Shown here piece by piece: positions 49,940 to 59,173 of a DNA stretch of 64,000 nt. The stretch is from an uncultured Actinomycetes bacterium (GTDB lineage: Bacteria > Actinomycetota > UBA4738 > JBBDTT01). The stretch spans positions 1-64,000 of the forward strand of contig CAVUMN010000004.1 of NCBI GenBank assembly GCA_963742735.1. Direction: 5' to 3'. How positions within the stretch are numbered: position 1 is the first letter of the stretch; each line of letters begins with the position of its first letter. The position numbers and the translations under genes are program-made. The notes beneath the pieces are model-generated. The model searched no databases, was not told the DNA's origin, and saw only the letters and a list, made by a program, of their open reading frames with translations.

Positions 49940-52900
49940 ATGAGCGGACTGGCCTGCGCCGCCTGCAGTACCGAGAATCCCGCTGACGCTCGCTTCTGCA
50001 TGGGCTGCGGCGCCGCGCTCGAGCGCGTTTGCCCCTCCTGCTCCACGCCCGCTCCCGGCGCCGCGCGCTTCTGCATGAACTGCGGCGCCGCGCTCGACGG
50101 AACGCCCGCGCCGGCGCCCGTGCCGCAGGTCGAGCGCCCGCCGGAGGAGCGGCGCCAGGTCACGATCCTGTTCGCCGACCTCTCGGGCTACACCGCGGTG
50201 GCCGAGCGGATGGACCCGGAGGCCGTCAAGGGGCTCGTGGACCGCGCCCTGATGCGGCTCGGCGCCGAGGTGGAGCGCTACGGCGGCAACGTGGACAAGT
50301 ACATCGGGGACAACGTGATGGCGCTCTTCGGCGCGCCGGTGGCGCACGAGGACGACGAGGAGCGCGCCGTGCGCGCGGCGCTCGGGATGCAGGCCGCGAT
50401 GACCGAGGTGAACGAGGGGCTGCCGCCGGGAGTGGACTTCCAGCTGCGGGTGGGCATCAACACCGGCGAGGTGATGGCGGGCGCCGTCGGCGAGAGCTAC
50501 ACCGTCACCGGCGACACCGTGAACGTGGCGTCCCGGCTCCAGAGCGCCGCCCGGCCCGGAAGCGTGACCGTTGGCGAGCGGACCATGCGCGCCACCCGCG
50601 GCGCGGTGCGCTACGAGGAGCTCAGCCCGCTCGAGCTGAAGGGCAAGTCCGAGCCGGTGCCCGCCTGGGAGGCGCTGAGCCTGACGGCCACGCACAGCGT
50701 GGGCCGCGCCGCGGCGGCGCACGAGTCGCCGCTGGTGGGCCGCGACAACGAGCTGGTCACGCTCGAGACGCTCTACGAGCGCGTGGTGCGAGAGGGCTCC
50801 CCGCACCTCGTGAGCCTCATCGGCGAGGCCGGCGTGGGCAAGACGCGGCTGCTGCGCGAGTTCGAGCGGGTGCTCGGCGAGCACTCGATCGCTCCCACCG
50901 TGCGTACCGGGCGCTGCCTCCCGTACGGCTCAGGCATCGTCTTCTGGGCGCTTGGCGAGGTGCTGCGCGCCGAGTGCGGGATCGTGGACTCCGACTCGGC
51001 GGAGGAAGCGTGGCGGAAGCTCTCGACCTACGTCGCCGGCCTGTTCGGCAACGGTCGGAGCTCAACGAGCCGGGCGAGCGCGAGGCCGCGCTGATCGGCC
51101 GACTGCTCGGAATCGAGGTGCCGCCGGAGCTGGTGCCGTCCGAGCGCGACCCGGAGCGGCTGCGCGAGGCGTTCTTCTCGGCGCTGCGCATGGGCATGGA
51201 GAAGATGGCCAGCCGCCGCCCGCTGGTGCTGGCGTTCGAGGACATCCACTGGGCCGACGACGGCATGCTCGACGCGATCGAGCACCTCGCCCAGTGGGTG
51301 CGCGCGCCGCTGATGCTCGTCTGCCTCGCGCGTGACGAGCTGCTCGACCGGCGTCCCGGCTGGGGGGCGGGGCGCCGCTCGGCCACGCAGCTGCTCCTCG
51401 ATCCGCTGGCCTCCGAGTACACGCACGAGCTGGTGGCCGCCCTGATCCCCGGCGGCGACGACGTGGTGTCGAAGGTCGTGGAGCGCTCGGGCGGCAATCC
51501 GCTCTTCGCCGAGGAGATGGCGCGCCGGGTGGCCGAGGGCAACCTCGGCGCCGCCGAGCTTCCGGAGACGGTGCAGGCGGTGCTGGCCGCGCGCCTCGAC
51601 GCGCTCGATCCCTTCGAGCGGCGTCTCGTGCAGCAGGCCGCCGTGGTGGGACGAACGTTCTGGGAGGCCTCGCTGGCCCCGCTTGCCGAGGCGGAGGGCA
51701 GGGAGCTCGGCAGGGCGCTCACGGTGCTCCAGGAGAAGGACATCCTCGCCCCCGGCGCCGAGGGCAGGCTCGCGGGCGAGCGTGAGCTCGCGTTCAAGCA
51801 CGTGCTGATTCGCGACGTGGCCTACGGGATGCTGCCCAAGGCGGTGCGCTCGCGGAAGCACTTCGAGGTCGGCGCGTTCATCGAGGAGCGCGCGGGCGAC
51901 CGGACCGACGAGATGGTGGCGCTGCTGGCCGAGCACTACGGCCGCGCGGCGTCGCTCGGCCGCGAGGGCGCCATCGCGGCCACCGAGCTCGCGCCCATGC
52001 GCGAGCGGGCCATGCGCTTCCTGGAGGAGGCCGGCGACGCCGCCGCGCTCCTCTACTCGAACCGCGAGGCCGCCGCCCACTACCGCCATGCGCGCGACGT
52101 GGGCGCCGACCAGGACCTGGCCGTGCGCGTGCGGGTGTCGGAGAAGCTCGGCGACGTGTCCCTCCGGCTGGGTCGCGTGGACGAGGCGATCGGCGTGTGG
52201 CAGGAGTGCCTCGACTGGCACCGCGGGCAGGAGGACCTCGAGCGGGTGGCGGACCTCCACCGCAAGACCGGCGCGGCGCTCTCGCACAAGGGCGAGCGCA
52301 GGTCGGCGATCGAGCACTACCAGCGCGGCATCAACCTGCTCAAGGACGGCCCGCCGCGGATCGAGCTGGTGCGCCTCTACGAGGAGGCGGCTTGGCTCTA
52401 CCTGCACACCGGGGACAACATGCTCGCCATCTACGCCTCGGAGAAGGCGCTGCGGCTGGCCGAGCGGCTCGGCGAGACGCGCGCCGCCAGCCGCGCCCAC
52501 GGCATCTTCGGGCGCGTGTTCGGCCGCATCGGCGACACCGAGAAGGCGCGCCAGAACCTGGAGCGCGCGGTGGAGCTGGCGCGCGGCTCGGACGACGGCG
52601 AGAGCATCCTCGCGCTGTCGGCGCTGGGCCGCCACCTCGAGATCTCCGAGGCGGACATGGACGGCGCCCGCGAGGCCTACCACGAGGCGCTGGCGCTGGC
52701 CGAGCGCGTGGGGATGCTCCCCGCCCAGGTGGAGCTCCACGCCTGGCTCGCGCAGCTGTCCGCCTACTGCGCCGAGTGGGACGACGTGACGCGCTCCACC
52801 GACGCCAGCGCCGAGCTGGCCGAGCGCGAGGGCCTCGTGGGCAAGCTCTGCCTCCCCTACTCGCTCCGAGGGCTCCTGCTCTGGCGCGAGGGCCGCCTCG

Positions 52901-53466
52901 AGGAGGCCACCGTGCTCTTCCATCAGGCGCACGAGCTGGCGGAGCAGGTGGGCTGGTCCGAGATCGCGTTCCAGGCGCTCTTCGGGCTGGCGCTGGCCCT
53001 GCGGGACTCCGGCGACTACGCCAGCGCCGCCGACGCGCTCGACCGCGCGATCGACGTGTGCGAGCGGGCCGGCCTGCTCGCGCAGTCGATCCAGGCCACC
53101 GCCGCGCGCGCCGTGGTCCTGTCCCTCTCCCAGCGCCCCGGGCCGGCCCGCGAGGCCGCCCGCGAGGCCGCCGAGCTGGCCGAGCGGATGCACTACCCGA
53201 TCGGCCGTGCCGCGGCCCTGGAGGCGCGCGGGCTGTCCGCCGAGGACCCCGAGGAGGGAGTGGCCCTGCTCGCCGACGCCGAGACCACCTGGCGCGGGCT
53301 CGGCCGCCCGCTCGAGGCCGCCCGCTGCGGGCTCATGGCCGGCCAGCGGCTCGTGGGCGTCCAGCCCGACCGGGCTCGTGAGCTGCTCGAAGCGGCAGCC
53401 GTAGAGACCGAGCGACTCGGCGTGCCGCACCTGGCCAAGCGGGCGCGGGCACTCGTGCCTGGGTAG
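49940..53466 (+). CDS. STAND-type class III adenylate/guanylate cyclase: double zinc ribbon + cyclase + AAA ATPase + TPR (frameshift near 51055)
   Basis: CxxC x4; LFADLSGYT, KYIGD, GINTG, GDTVNVASRL; LVGR, GEAGVGKT, EDIHWAD, GGNPLF, FKHVLIRDVAY. Confidence 0.93.
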
Positions 53467-53475
53467 CCAGTCATT

Positions 53476-53795
53476 GCGCGTTCGCTTGTGCTCGCGGGTC
53501 CTGTCTCCGTCGCGTCTCCTCGTTCGAGGACCAAACGACGGTCCTCGCCCGAGAAGTCGCAACGTCGCCACCCGCTCGACAGCACCGCCGGCTGACCAAA
53601 CAACTGCCCTCGTTTAGAGCGCTAAGCGACGACGAACGGAACCCCGGGACGGCCGGTCCCTCATCGCTTTTACAAAAGGGGGGCGTTTCGCTTGTCGAGC
53701 GGGTGGCGACGGCGGCGATTACCGGATCAGTGAGCTTGCGAGCTGAAACGGTGATCGCTGCCGGAGACAGGACCCGCGAGCAGCAGCGACCGCGC
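53476..53795. ncRNA. Unidentified ~320-nt highly structured intergenic element (nested inverted repeats; candidate ncRNA)
   Basis: Perfect 21-bp IR 53489..53509/53762..53782; perfect 19-bp IR 53563..53581/53693..53711; 14-bp side stems 53509..53563 and 53711..53762; small hairpins at 53610..53629 and 53646..53660. Confidence 0.6.
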
Positions 53796-54997
53796 TAGGG
53801 CGTCTGGTCGGCACCCGCAACCACGACCACACCAGCGTCGCCTGCGAGCGCCTGTGTCTCTGCATCGATCGCCTCGCGCTGCGGGATCTTCAGCCGCCGG
53901 CTCACCACCACGGCCTCGCGCCTGTGGCCGCTCGCGTAGAGGACCACCGACTCCGCGCGCTGCTGCTCCTGGTTGTCCGCGTTCCCGAGCGTGCCGAGGT
54001 CGAAGCCCAGCCGCTCGACCTCGTCGCCGATCCCCGCCGCCAGGCCGGGCTCGAGCGTTCCGTTCAGGACGGCCACGGTCACGTCCGCGGGGTTGACCGC
54101 CTGGCCGCCGTTGCCCTGACGTCGCCCGCGTCGTGCGGTGTCCTCCGAGCCACTTCCACCGGCGTTGCTGGTCGCGGGCTCGGAGTCGTCTCCTGTCAGC
54201 TGCGAGACGGCGAACGCCGCGCCGCCGCCGAGCACGAGCACGCCGGCCACGGCCAGCACGACGATCCTGGACCGGGTGAGCCCGCCCTCGCGGGCGGCGC
54301 CGGCCGACGGCGGGATGATCGCGGTGGGCTGCGGTGTGGGCCGCGCGAGAGGATCGGGGCGGGAGAAGCGTGGCGGGGTCGGCGGAGTCGGGCGCGCCTG
54401 TCCCGCGGGCGTGGCGGGCCGCGCCGCGGACGGCACGGCCACGGGAGGCGGTGGCTGGCCGGCGGGCTTGTCGGTGGCGGGCGCCTGGGTGTCGCCGGGC
54501 GCGGCGGGAGTGCCCTGCTGCACCGCCGGCGCCGGGGGCGCCGTTCCGGCGGCCGCCTGGGGCGCGCCGGACTGCTGAGCCTGGCCGGCGGGCGAGGGCG
54601 TCTTGTCCGCGTCGTCGCCGGCCGCGGGCTCGGGCGTGCCTCCGTCAGCGGGGCCCTGCTTGCCCTGGCCGGCGGGCGTGGCTGCTCCCGGCCCGCCGGG
54701 GCGCTCCGCCGTGGCTGCGGCGGCCACTGCCGTGGCGGGCCGCGCTCCGGCCGCTGCTGCCACTGCCGGAGCGGGAGCGGCGGGCACCTGGGGCGGTCCC
54801 GAAGGCGTCTGTGATGGCGTGCCCGGCTTGACCGGAACCGCCGCCCCGGCCGGCGTGGGCACCGAGGGCGGGGTGCCTGCCGGCTTGGCCTGAGGCTGCG
54901 CCACGACCCGCTGGGGGACCGCGGTGGCGGGCTGCGCCGCGCGCTCGGGCGCTCGTCCGGCCCATTCGCGCAGCCGCTTCACATCTCGCGCCTGCGC
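53795..54997 (-). CDS. LytR C-terminal domain protein with long Pro/Ala-rich region and TM helix; N-terminus missing or disrupted
   Basis: QARDVKRLREWAGRAPER; TM IVVLAVAGVLVLGGGAAFAV; VTVAVLNGT..GLA..LGNA..SVVLY..VVVVAGAD (LytR_C). Confidence 0.8.
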   Translation of the reverse strand, partial: AQARDVKRLREWAGRAPERAAQPATAVPQRVVAQPQAKPAGTPPSVPTPAGAAVPVKPGTPSQTPSGPPQVPAAPAPAVAAAAGARPATAVAAAATAERPGGPGAATPAGQGKQGPADGGTPEPAAGDDADKTPSPAGQAQQSGAPQAAAGTAPPAPAVQQGTPAAPGDTQAPATDKPAGQPPPPVAVPSAARPATPAGQARPTPPTPPRFSRPDPLARPTPQPTAIIPPSAGAAREGGLTRSRIVVLAVAGVLVLGGGAAFAVSQLTGDDSEPATSNAGGSGSEDTARRGRRQGNGGQAVNPADVTVAVLNGTLEPGLAAGIGDEVERLGFDLGTLGNADNQEQQRAESVVLYASGHRREAVVVSRRLKIPQREAIDAETQALAGDAGVVVVAGADQTP

Positions 54998-55096
54998 AGC
55001 GCCCCGGCCGGGGCGGGGATCAGGAGCAGGAGCACGAGGAGGAGCGAGGCGCGTCTCACCCGGGTCGAGTTCTGCGCGCGTGCGAGACTCTCCTGT

Positions 55097-55621
55097 ATGG
55101 CGCACTTCGCGGTCACCGCGATCGGAGCCGACCGCCCTGGCATCGTGGCGGCGCTCACGGGTGCCCTCCACGGCCTGGGCGGCAACCTGGAGGACGTCTC
55201 CTCGACGATCCTGCGCGGCCACTTCGCGACGATGCTCGTGGTCGACGCGCCGGGCGACGCGGACGGGATCCGCTCGGCGCTCGAGGACGCGGCGGGCCCC
55301 CTGGGCGTGCAGGTCCACGTGGCCGACGTCGAGGCCGGCGCGCCCGAGCGCCCGCGCGCCACGCACGCGCTCACCGCGTACGGGTCGGACCGCCCGGGGA
55401 TCGTCTCGGGCCTGACCGCGCTGCTGGCCGAGCGCGGGGTGAACATCACCGACCTCTCCTGCCGGCGCACCGGTGGGGGCGAGCCGATCTACGTGATGGT
55501 GGCCGAGCTCGCGCTGCCGGATGGCGTCGACGTCGCCGAGCTGGAGGCCGCCATCCGCGAGACGGCGGCGGGCATCGGGGTCGACGTGAGCTTCGGGCCC
55601 GTCGAGGTCGAGACCCTCTAG
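55097..55621 (+). CDS. Tandem ACT-domain protein (GcvR-like)
   Basis: GADRPGIV..NLED and GSDRPGIV..NITDL. Confidence 0.9.
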   Translation: MAHFAVTAIGADRPGIVAALTGALHGLGGNLEDVSSTILRGHFATMLVVDAPGDADGIRSALEDAAGPLGVQVHVADVEAGAPERPRATHALTAYGSDRPGIVSGLTALLAERGVNITDLSCRRTGGGEPIYVMVAELALPDGVDVAELEAAIRETAAGIGVDVSFGPVEVETL

Positions 55622-55623
55622 CG

Positions 55624-56124
55624 GTGGGCGTCCGCGACGTGCGGCGCTACCCCGACCCGGTGCTCAAGCGACCCGCCGAGCCGGCCGGTGAGCTCACCGA
55701 CGCCCACCGCGCGCTGGTCCGGGACCTGGTGGACACGATGCGCGCCGGCCCGGCCACCGTCGGCCTGGCCGCGCCGCAGATCGGCGAGAGCGTCCGGGCC
55801 TTCGTCCTGGACGTGACCGGCCACCCGCGGGCGGAGGACGCCCACGGCCTGGTGGCCCTGTTCGACCCCGAGATCCTCGAGGCGGGCGACCCCGACGTCC
55901 TTCGTGAGGGATGCCTGTCGGTCCCCGACCTCACCGCCAACGTCCGCCGCGCCCGGCGCGTGGTCGTGCGGGGCGTGGACCCGAAGGGCCGGAACCGCGA
56001 GTACGAGATGCGCGGGTTCGAGGCTCGCGCGCTGCTGCACGAGGTGGACCACCTCGACGGCATGCTGATCCTCGACCGGGTGACGGCGGGATCGGACCTG
56101 TTCCCCCGGAAGGTGTATCGGTAG
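55624..56124 (+). CDS. def: Peptide deformylase
   Basis: GLAAPQIG, EGCLS, HEVDHLDG. Confidence 0.96.
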   Translation: MGVRDVRRYPDPVLKRPAEPAGELTDAHRALVRDLVDTMRAGPATVGLAAPQIGESVRAFVLDVTGHPRAEDAHGLVALFDPEILEAGDPDVLREGCLSVPDLTANVRRARRVVVRGVDPKGRNREYEMRGFEARALLHEVDHLDGMLILDRVTAGSDLFPRKVYR

Positions 56125-56131
56125 CGAGCGC

Positions 56132-57349
56132 CTACAGGCGCTCCAGGATCATCGCCATCCCCTGCCCGCCGCCGACGCACATCGTCTCCAGCCCGATCTG
56201 CTTGTCGTGGAACGCGAGCGAGTTCACCAGGGTCGAGGTGATCCGGGCCCCGGTCATGCCGAAGGGATGCCCGACGGCGATCGCCCCCCCGTTGACGTTC
56301 AGCTTGTCGGGGTCGATCTTCAGGTCCTCGGCCGAGGGGATCACCTGGGCGGCGAAGGCCTCGTTGATCTCCACCTGGTCGACGTCCTCGATCGTCATCC
56401 CGGCGCGGGCCAGGGCCTCGCGCGAGGCCTCCACCGGGCCGAGGCCCATGATCTCGGGCGACAGCGCGGTGATGCCGGTGGACACCACGCGCGCGAGCGG
56501 CTTGATGCCCAGCTCGTTGGCTCGGGTGTCGCTCATGACGATGACCGCCGCGGCCCCGTCGTTGAGGGGACAGCAGTTCCCCGCGGTGACGGTGCCGTCC
56601 GGCCGGAACACCGGCTCGAGCTGCGAGACCTTCTCCAGGGTCGTCCCCGCGCGGGGCCCGTCGTCTTTGTCGACGACCGTCCCGTCGGGGAGCGTCACCG
56701 GGGTGATGTCGCTCGGCCAGAACCCGCTGGCGATGGCGTCCTCGGCGCGGTTCTGGCTGCGGACGCCGAACTCGTCCTGCATCTCGCGGGTGATGCCTCG
56801 GAGCTGCGAGACGTTCTCGGCCGTCTGCCCCATGGCGATGTAGACGTCGGGGATCTTCTCGTCCTCGCGGGGGTCGTGCCACGTCTCGGCGCCGGCCTCC
56901 TCCCGGGACTTGGTGCGGGCCATGGCCTCCTCGAAGACCGGGTTCATGGTGTCCGGCAGGGTGTCGGACGAGCCCTTGGCGAACCGGCTCACGCACTCGA
57001 CCCCGGCGGAGATGAACACGTCGCCCTCCCCCGCCTTGATCGCGTGAAAGGCCATGCGGGTGGTCTGCAGGCTCGAGGAGCAGTAGCGAGTGATGGTGGT
57101 GCCGGGCAGGTGGTCCATGCCCAGCAGGACCGCGACCACGCGTCCCATGTTGAAGCCCTGCTCGCCGCCGGGGAGACCGCACCCGAGCATGAGGTCCTGG
57201 ATCTCGGTCGGGTCGAGCTCGGGGACCTTGCCGAGCGCCGCGCGGATCATCTGCACGACCAGGTCGTCGGGCCGGATCGTCGAGAGCGAGCCCTTGAACG
57301 CCCGGCCGATCGGCGAACGGGCGGTGGCCACGATGACTGCCTCAGGCAT
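56132..57349 (-). CDS. Acetyl-CoA acyltransferase (thiolase)
   Basis: RSPIG, RYCSSS, NDGAAA, NEAFA, GHPFG, MCVGGGQG. Confidence 0.96.
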   Translation of the reverse strand: MPEAVIVATARSPIGRAFKGSLSTIRPDDLVVQMIRAALGKVPELDPTEIQDLMLGCGLPGGEQGFNMGRVVAVLLGMDHLPGTTITRYCSSSLQTTRMAFHAIKAGEGDVFISAGVECVSRFAKGSSDTLPDTMNPVFEEAMARTKSREEAGAETWHDPREDEKIPDVYIAMGQTAENVSQLRGITREMQDEFGVRSQNRAEDAIASGFWPSDITPVTLPDGTVVDKDDGPRAGTTLEKVSQLEPVFRPDGTVTAGNCCPLNDGAAAVIVMSDTRANELGIKPLARVVSTGITALSPEIMGLGPVEASREALARAGMTIEDVDQVEINEAFAAQVIPSAEDLKIDPDKLNVNGGAIAVGHPFGMTGARITSTLVNSLAFHDKQIGLETMCVGGGQGMAMILERL

Positions 57350-57416
57350 TGGAACCTCCTCGATCGAGAACGGGATGTCGCCGCAGCCGGACCCTATACC
57401 GGGATGCGGTTCGCGA

Positions 57417-57995
57417 TCACCGGTCGTCCTCGAGGGGCCCGTAGGGGACCTCGATCGTGCCGGCCAGGTGGAGCAGGCGCCCGGTCTCGGGAAGGCTCGA
57501 CGCGAGGACGCTCGCGCACAGATGGTCGTCGCCGAGCTCGGTGATCTCCAGCGTGACCTCGTCGCCGGTGCCCTCCAGGCCGAAGGACGACGTGATCGAA
57601 CGGTCCTGGTCACGGCGAGAGACGTCGAGGTTCACGCCGTCCCGGCCGCTGGTGTACTCCCGCGCCTCGGGGGCTTCGCCGTCGAGGGGCACGAGCATCG
57701 CCACCGACACCAGGTCCTCCGGCTGCGCGCCGCCAAGGTCGAAGGCCTGGGAGCCGAACACCACGTGGAGGTCGCCGTCGGCGTCGACGTAGGCGCCGCC
57801 GCCCCGGGCCACGAACGTGTCGTCGATGGGACCCCGGTCGGCCTCGAGCGCGATCGTGACGGTGTCGGCGCACCCGGTCCCGCCGGTGGTCTCCCGCGCA
57901 TCTGGGCCCCCGCCGTCCTCCCCGGTGCACGCGCCCAGCGCCAGGACCAGGGCGGCCAGGCCGTAGGCGAGGCCGAGCCTTCGATGCCGCCTCAT
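57417..57995 (-). CDS. Hypothetical lipoprotein
   Basis: Lipobox LVLALGAC; ATGA overlap with the upstream FMO gene. Confidence 0.7.
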   Translation of the reverse strand: MRRHRRLGLAYGLAALVLALGACTGEDGGGPDARETTGGTGCADTVTIALEADRGPIDDTFVARGGGAYVDADGDLHVVFGSQAFDLGGAQPEDLVSVAMLVPLDGEAPEAREYTSGRDGVNLDVSRRDQDRSITSSFGLEGTGDEVTLEITELGDDHLCASVLASSLPETGRLLHLAGTIEVPYGPLEDDR

Positions 57996-59173
57996 CGGGG
58001 CGATGCGTTGGCCGGTTCGGCCGAGCGAGCCGCCGACCGGCGCGCGCGGGCGACCGCGCGGCCCAGGCGACGGGCGTCGATGCCGATCTCGCGCAGGTTC
58101 CCGCTGATCGGGTTGGTGAACCCGATGAAGTGCAGGTTCGGCGCGCCGGGGTGGGTGCGCTCCGCGTGCACGACGGGCCGGCCGGTTTCGGCGACCAGAC
58201 CGTGGTCGCCCACCAGCGGCTCGAGCCCTCGGCGGAAGCCGGTAGCGGCGAGGACCGCGTCGGGCCGCACCCGTTCGCCCCCGGCGAGCAGGACGTCCGG
58301 CCCGTCGAAGCCCTCGACCGCCCCGACCACGCGGACGCGGCGCTTCTTGAGCAGCCCGATCAGGCCGACGTCGAGGATCGGGACCATGTCCCGCTTGATC
58401 CGGGTGTACATCCCGCCCCGCGGCGGCGGCATCCCGTACGGCGTCAGGTCGCCCACCGTCATCCGCTGAACCCCCGCGGCCAGCCGGTCCACCAGCCGCG
58501 TCGGCAGGTGCCGGATGAGGATCCCGGTGATCTGTGACGGGAACCCCCGCACGTCGCGGCGCAGGATGTTCGGCGGCGTCCGCACCGAGATCATCACGTC
58601 CGCCGCGCCCCCATCGACCAGGTCCACGCAGATCTCGGCGCCGGAGTTCCCGGTCCCCACCACCAGGACGTCCTTGCCCCGGTACGGCTCGGCGTTGCGG
58701 TAGTCGTAGGAGTGGATCAGCTCGCCGGTGAACGTCTCCCGTCCGGGCCAGTCCGGAAGCACCGGGTCGCGGTTGAACCCGGTGGCGACCACCACGATCC
58801 GGGCGGCGATCGGCTTGCCGTCGGTCTCCACGACCCAGTCGTCGCCGTCGCGAACCAGCCGGCGGGCCTCGACGCCGGTCCGAACGTCGAGTCGGTGGTG
58901 TCGCGCGTACCGCTCCAGGTAGCGAACCACGCCGTCGCGCGAGACCCACTTGCCCTCGCGGCGGTCGATGGCCAGCCCCGGCAGGCCCGAGAGCCACCTG
59001 ACCGTGTGCAGGTGCAGTCGCTCGTAGTGCCGCCGCCAGCTCGAGCCGATGGAGTCGCGCTCCAGGACCAACGGCCGGATGCCGCCGCCGCGCAGCGTGG
59101 CCGCCGCGGCGAGCCCGGCCGGCCCTCCGCCGATGACCACCGCCTCGGCATGCTCCATCCCGTTCGCGCTCAC
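57992..59173 (-). CDS. Flavin-containing monooxygenase (class B)
   Basis: GGGPAG, FTGELIHSYDY (FxGxxxHxxxY), GTGNSG, ATGF. Confidence 0.92.
   Translation of the reverse strand: MSANGMEHAEAVVIGGGPAGLAAAATLRGGGIRPLVLERDSIGSSWRRHYERLHLHTVRWLSGLPGLAIDRREGKWVSRDGVVRYLERYARHHRLDVRTGVEARRLVRDGDDWVVETDGKPIAARIVVVATGFNRDPVLPDWPGRETFTGELIHSYDYRNAEPYRGKDVLVVGTGNSGAEICVDLVDGGAADVMISVRTPPNILRRDVRGFPSQITGILIRHLPTRLVDRLAAGVQRMTVGDLTPYGMPPPRGGMYTRIKRDMVPILDVGLIGLLKKRRVRVVGAVEGFDGPDVLLAGGERVRPDAVLAATGFRRGLEPLVGDHGLVAETGRPVVHAERTHPGAPNLHFIGFTNPISGNLREIGIDARRLGRAVARARRSAARSAEPANASPR

Noticed and set aside
1-51100. Many split ORFs (arginase, beta-helix, DUF3494, giant protein, EamA, GT4, GT2, cyclase) as pseudogenes or programmed frameshifts
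   Set aside because: The breaks look like single-base indels with motifs intact on both sides and no obvious slippery sites. Sequencing error is the simplest explanation; read-level checking is needed
53476-53795. tmRNA, RNase P, SRP RNA, or a simple terminator
   Set aside because: Their signature sequences were not found on either strand, and the element is much larger and more branched than a terminator
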